A stretch of 63,997 nucleotides of DNA, filler included, from Asterionella formosa (Eukaryota): the NCBI GenBank assembly GCA_002256025.1. It is 6 parts of 6 records of this genome, joined end to end, with 100 filler letters (N's around TTAATTAATTAA, not from the genome) between each part and the next. Parts side by side here need not be neighbours in the genome. Positions count along the whole stretch, not along the records: positions 54,074 to 63,997 come from NKIB01010059.1; 5 more parts are not named here. One strand, written 5' to 3'. Shown here piece by piece: positions 61,485-63,997 of this stretch (position 1 is its first letter; each line of letters begins with the position of its first letter). The position numbers were made by a program, and so were the translations under genes. Below the pieces are notes generated by a model. That model was not told the DNA's origin. It made no database searches and saw only the letters and a program-made list of their open reading frames with translations.

Positions 61485-63997
61485 ATATAATAGAATCCGA
61501 TGCATACTTATTTGCATAAGAAATATAGTTAGTAAGACTTTAAAATTTCAAACCATATCATAAATGTTTCGAAAACATTGACGCTGATCTATACTAGTAG
61601 TGCTGCCTGTACTACTATGTAGCGATATTCCTCCATTTTTACTACTATGGTGTAGTGATAATTTCATGACTCTGTATTGTTCAACACAGAATTTCATTTC
61701 ATTTTCATTTTAACCTGTTCATATCCTGACTTGGTAATCATTTGAAATTTTCAATGTCTTTGCGGACGCTGCAATGGTGTTATCTGTGTAACTACAAATT
61801 TCGGAAGAACAAATCCCCATCTGAGTCTCACAATCGAAATTGTAGCAACCGTGTTTTTAATGCATTTAGTCACTGTCAACATTGCATACAAGAACATCGA
61901 GTTCTTGGAATACATAATGAAACTATGTATTGCGGTAGTGCATCGAATGTTGGTGTAACTGCAGCATTTCGAATTGCAATAGAGTTTCCAACACTTTCAC
62001 AATTGTAAATGGTCCAAATGACCATCCACTATGAGCTTTTTGCGGCGCTTGTGGTGGTGCAACTGGTGTGATGGTAACCGATTGTAGTAATTGTTGAACA
62101 GAGCACAGTGTAATATGCATGTTGCGCCAGCGTAGTGTTTACACAATACATATACCGGTTTTTATATTACAAGGAAAAACGACATGACGATGAACATGAT
62201 GGCTGGTTGTGGAGGATACCGGGATGTGATATGCATCAATCCATATCACAAATCATATTATGGTGATGTGTATATCAACGCATCTTTATACTTCGATCCT
62301 ATTCACTATATAATACTATCACATTAACTATTTGCTTTTACTGTATACATTAAAAGTCGAATATATAAATTTACTAATAAGCTTGATGTTTAATTAATCT
62401 TTCTTCTATCTTGATGTATTGATAACACTTGTTTACATATTTTATCGTATTTTATTATATTGTATTATTTTAACATGATCATGTTTTGATTAAAAATATA
62501 TCATAAACATTTTAAGAAATCATCATAGTTCTATGATCAATGTATCATAGCTATGTGATAAACATCATTCAATATTACGTATCATATTTTGGTGATGTAT
62601 GAATCGAAGTAACCCTGTCGTAAAATTACATTATCATCTTATCAATCATTCAATGTTGATTGGGAACTGTATACTGCTTTGTTCTACGGAGTATGATATT
62701 AAAACACTTTTTTTAGTAGCTAAGTCACTGCTGAAATGTACACAAGTTGACAGTGTACGTACACACATTCTAAGCAGGTTTGAGGCAACAGACAGTTCTA
62801 ATAAACAAATGACAATACCGATATCAAATTTTTCCTGTGGCAAACCATAATGATAATGATGAAGGACGTTCCTGCCTCTATTGTTGATGATCCAGGAGCA
62901 AACAACAATGAAGAGAGCCACTTGTCGCTCTATTGATGGTAACAAAGATGCGGACAAGTTCAACAGTAAATACAAGTAATACAAGTAGTACAGCATGCCA
63001 AATGCGGAAACAAGCGTTTTGAAAAAGAAATTGTAATCAGAATCATTCTAGTATAACTATGACTATAACTATGTGGACAGCAGTCTGTTACATTTTCGTA
63101 TCTCTTTCTATGCTGAATCTCAATTGTAGATGTAGTATCATGTGACGTAAAAACGTTACTTTTAACGGTTTCATGTGAAGTTTTCACAATGAATTTTGAA
63201 CGCGAGACTGAATTAGTTGATGTTTCAAATAATTCATTTGAAAGTTCAACTAAGATCCTGCTCTTGAGGCTAATACATTCACAACACGCATTTTACTTAA
63301 TGAAATAGTAAGGATATTTGTGGTGTCTAATGTCATCCATCTGAGATCAAAGTTTTACGGTTGTACACATCACATGAAGAACTCACACTTACCAGTAAAA
63401 AAGCTCCCTCTTCCCAGTTTTCATGTTATGTAGGTTATTACCGGTACTAGGTAAATGTACTACTAGCCAGTGGTAGGCAACCCAATTTTTTACGTAACAA
63501 TATATGATTCAATCTCAGATTCAAGCATCGCAGACATCATCAATGGTAGCGACTTCTCGAAGAGATGGACGACACCACTCTCAAGACCCCCTTGCAAAAT
63601 TCCTGAAACAATCGCCAGCAGCCATTGATTTCGTTCAAACAGTTTGTTTTGATGCCGATGACTATGATAATGGTATATTCCTTGATAGTTTAGTAGATAA
63701 TGATGCTGCTGCTATTAATGTTCCAATCATTCAGAACGGAGAAATAAACGACATTATAAACCCTACCAACTTCCGATTTTGCGCACAAAGTATATCCGTT
63801 TCGTCCACTTCAGCATGACAATCTCGCCAATCAACCCGTTAACAGACACATTCTACCGGTACTTGTTCTCGTTGAAATTTTCAATTCTCACATGATACTA
63901 CATCTACTATTGAGATTCAGCATAGAAGGAGATACGAAAATGTGCGTAACAGACTACTGTCCACATAGCTATAGTTATAGAATGATTCTGATTAGAA

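Larger units (their letters stand above)
56470..63997. mobile_element. Mosaic of rearranged copies of the scaffold-1 element family
   Basis: Two tandem copies of the repeat + MSSRNHKEV 5' region (ATG 57200 and 59639), ORF-X remnants 60305-61484, and inverted copies of scaffold-1 segments at 57830-58240, ~58890-59080 and ~61970-63150. Confidence 0.85.

Noticed and set aside
1..63997. Fanzor/TnpB, TET/JBP, reverse transcriptase, RepHel or tyrosine recombinase genes
   Set aside because: No convincing catalytic motifs seen by eye; degenerate copies could have been missed.

Overview
Eukaryotic nuclear DNA, most likely from a diatom. The evidence is short GT-AG introns, a diatom-type LRR membrane protein, a SAP-like silicalemma protein and a stramenopile-type ribosomal P2 tail. 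The window is not one locus: six unrelated ~10.7-kb scaffolds are joined by artificial 100-nt spacers (44 N + TTAATTAATTAA + 44 N). Scaffolds 3-5 are mostly ordinary genes: RPLP2, SAP-like, LRR, PWI-domain, Csm1-like, PsuG-PsuK, a PLP enzyme and a TAF1C-like protein. Scaffolds 1, 2 and 6 are patchworks of one large, degenerate multi-gene mobile-element family. It carries a Plavaka/CMC-type transposase, a convergent Ulp1-like protease, an unknown gene ('ORF-X') and a 115-bp palindrome-bearing tandem repeat. Harbinger-like, Tc1/mariner-like and probable LINE relics also occur. The most striking unexplained structure is a 187-nt strand-specific rod hairpin at 18029-18215 with four regularly spaced CGAG/CGAG tandem G-A motifs, followed by CTAG|T. 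All family assignments come from motif recognition by eye; no searches were run.
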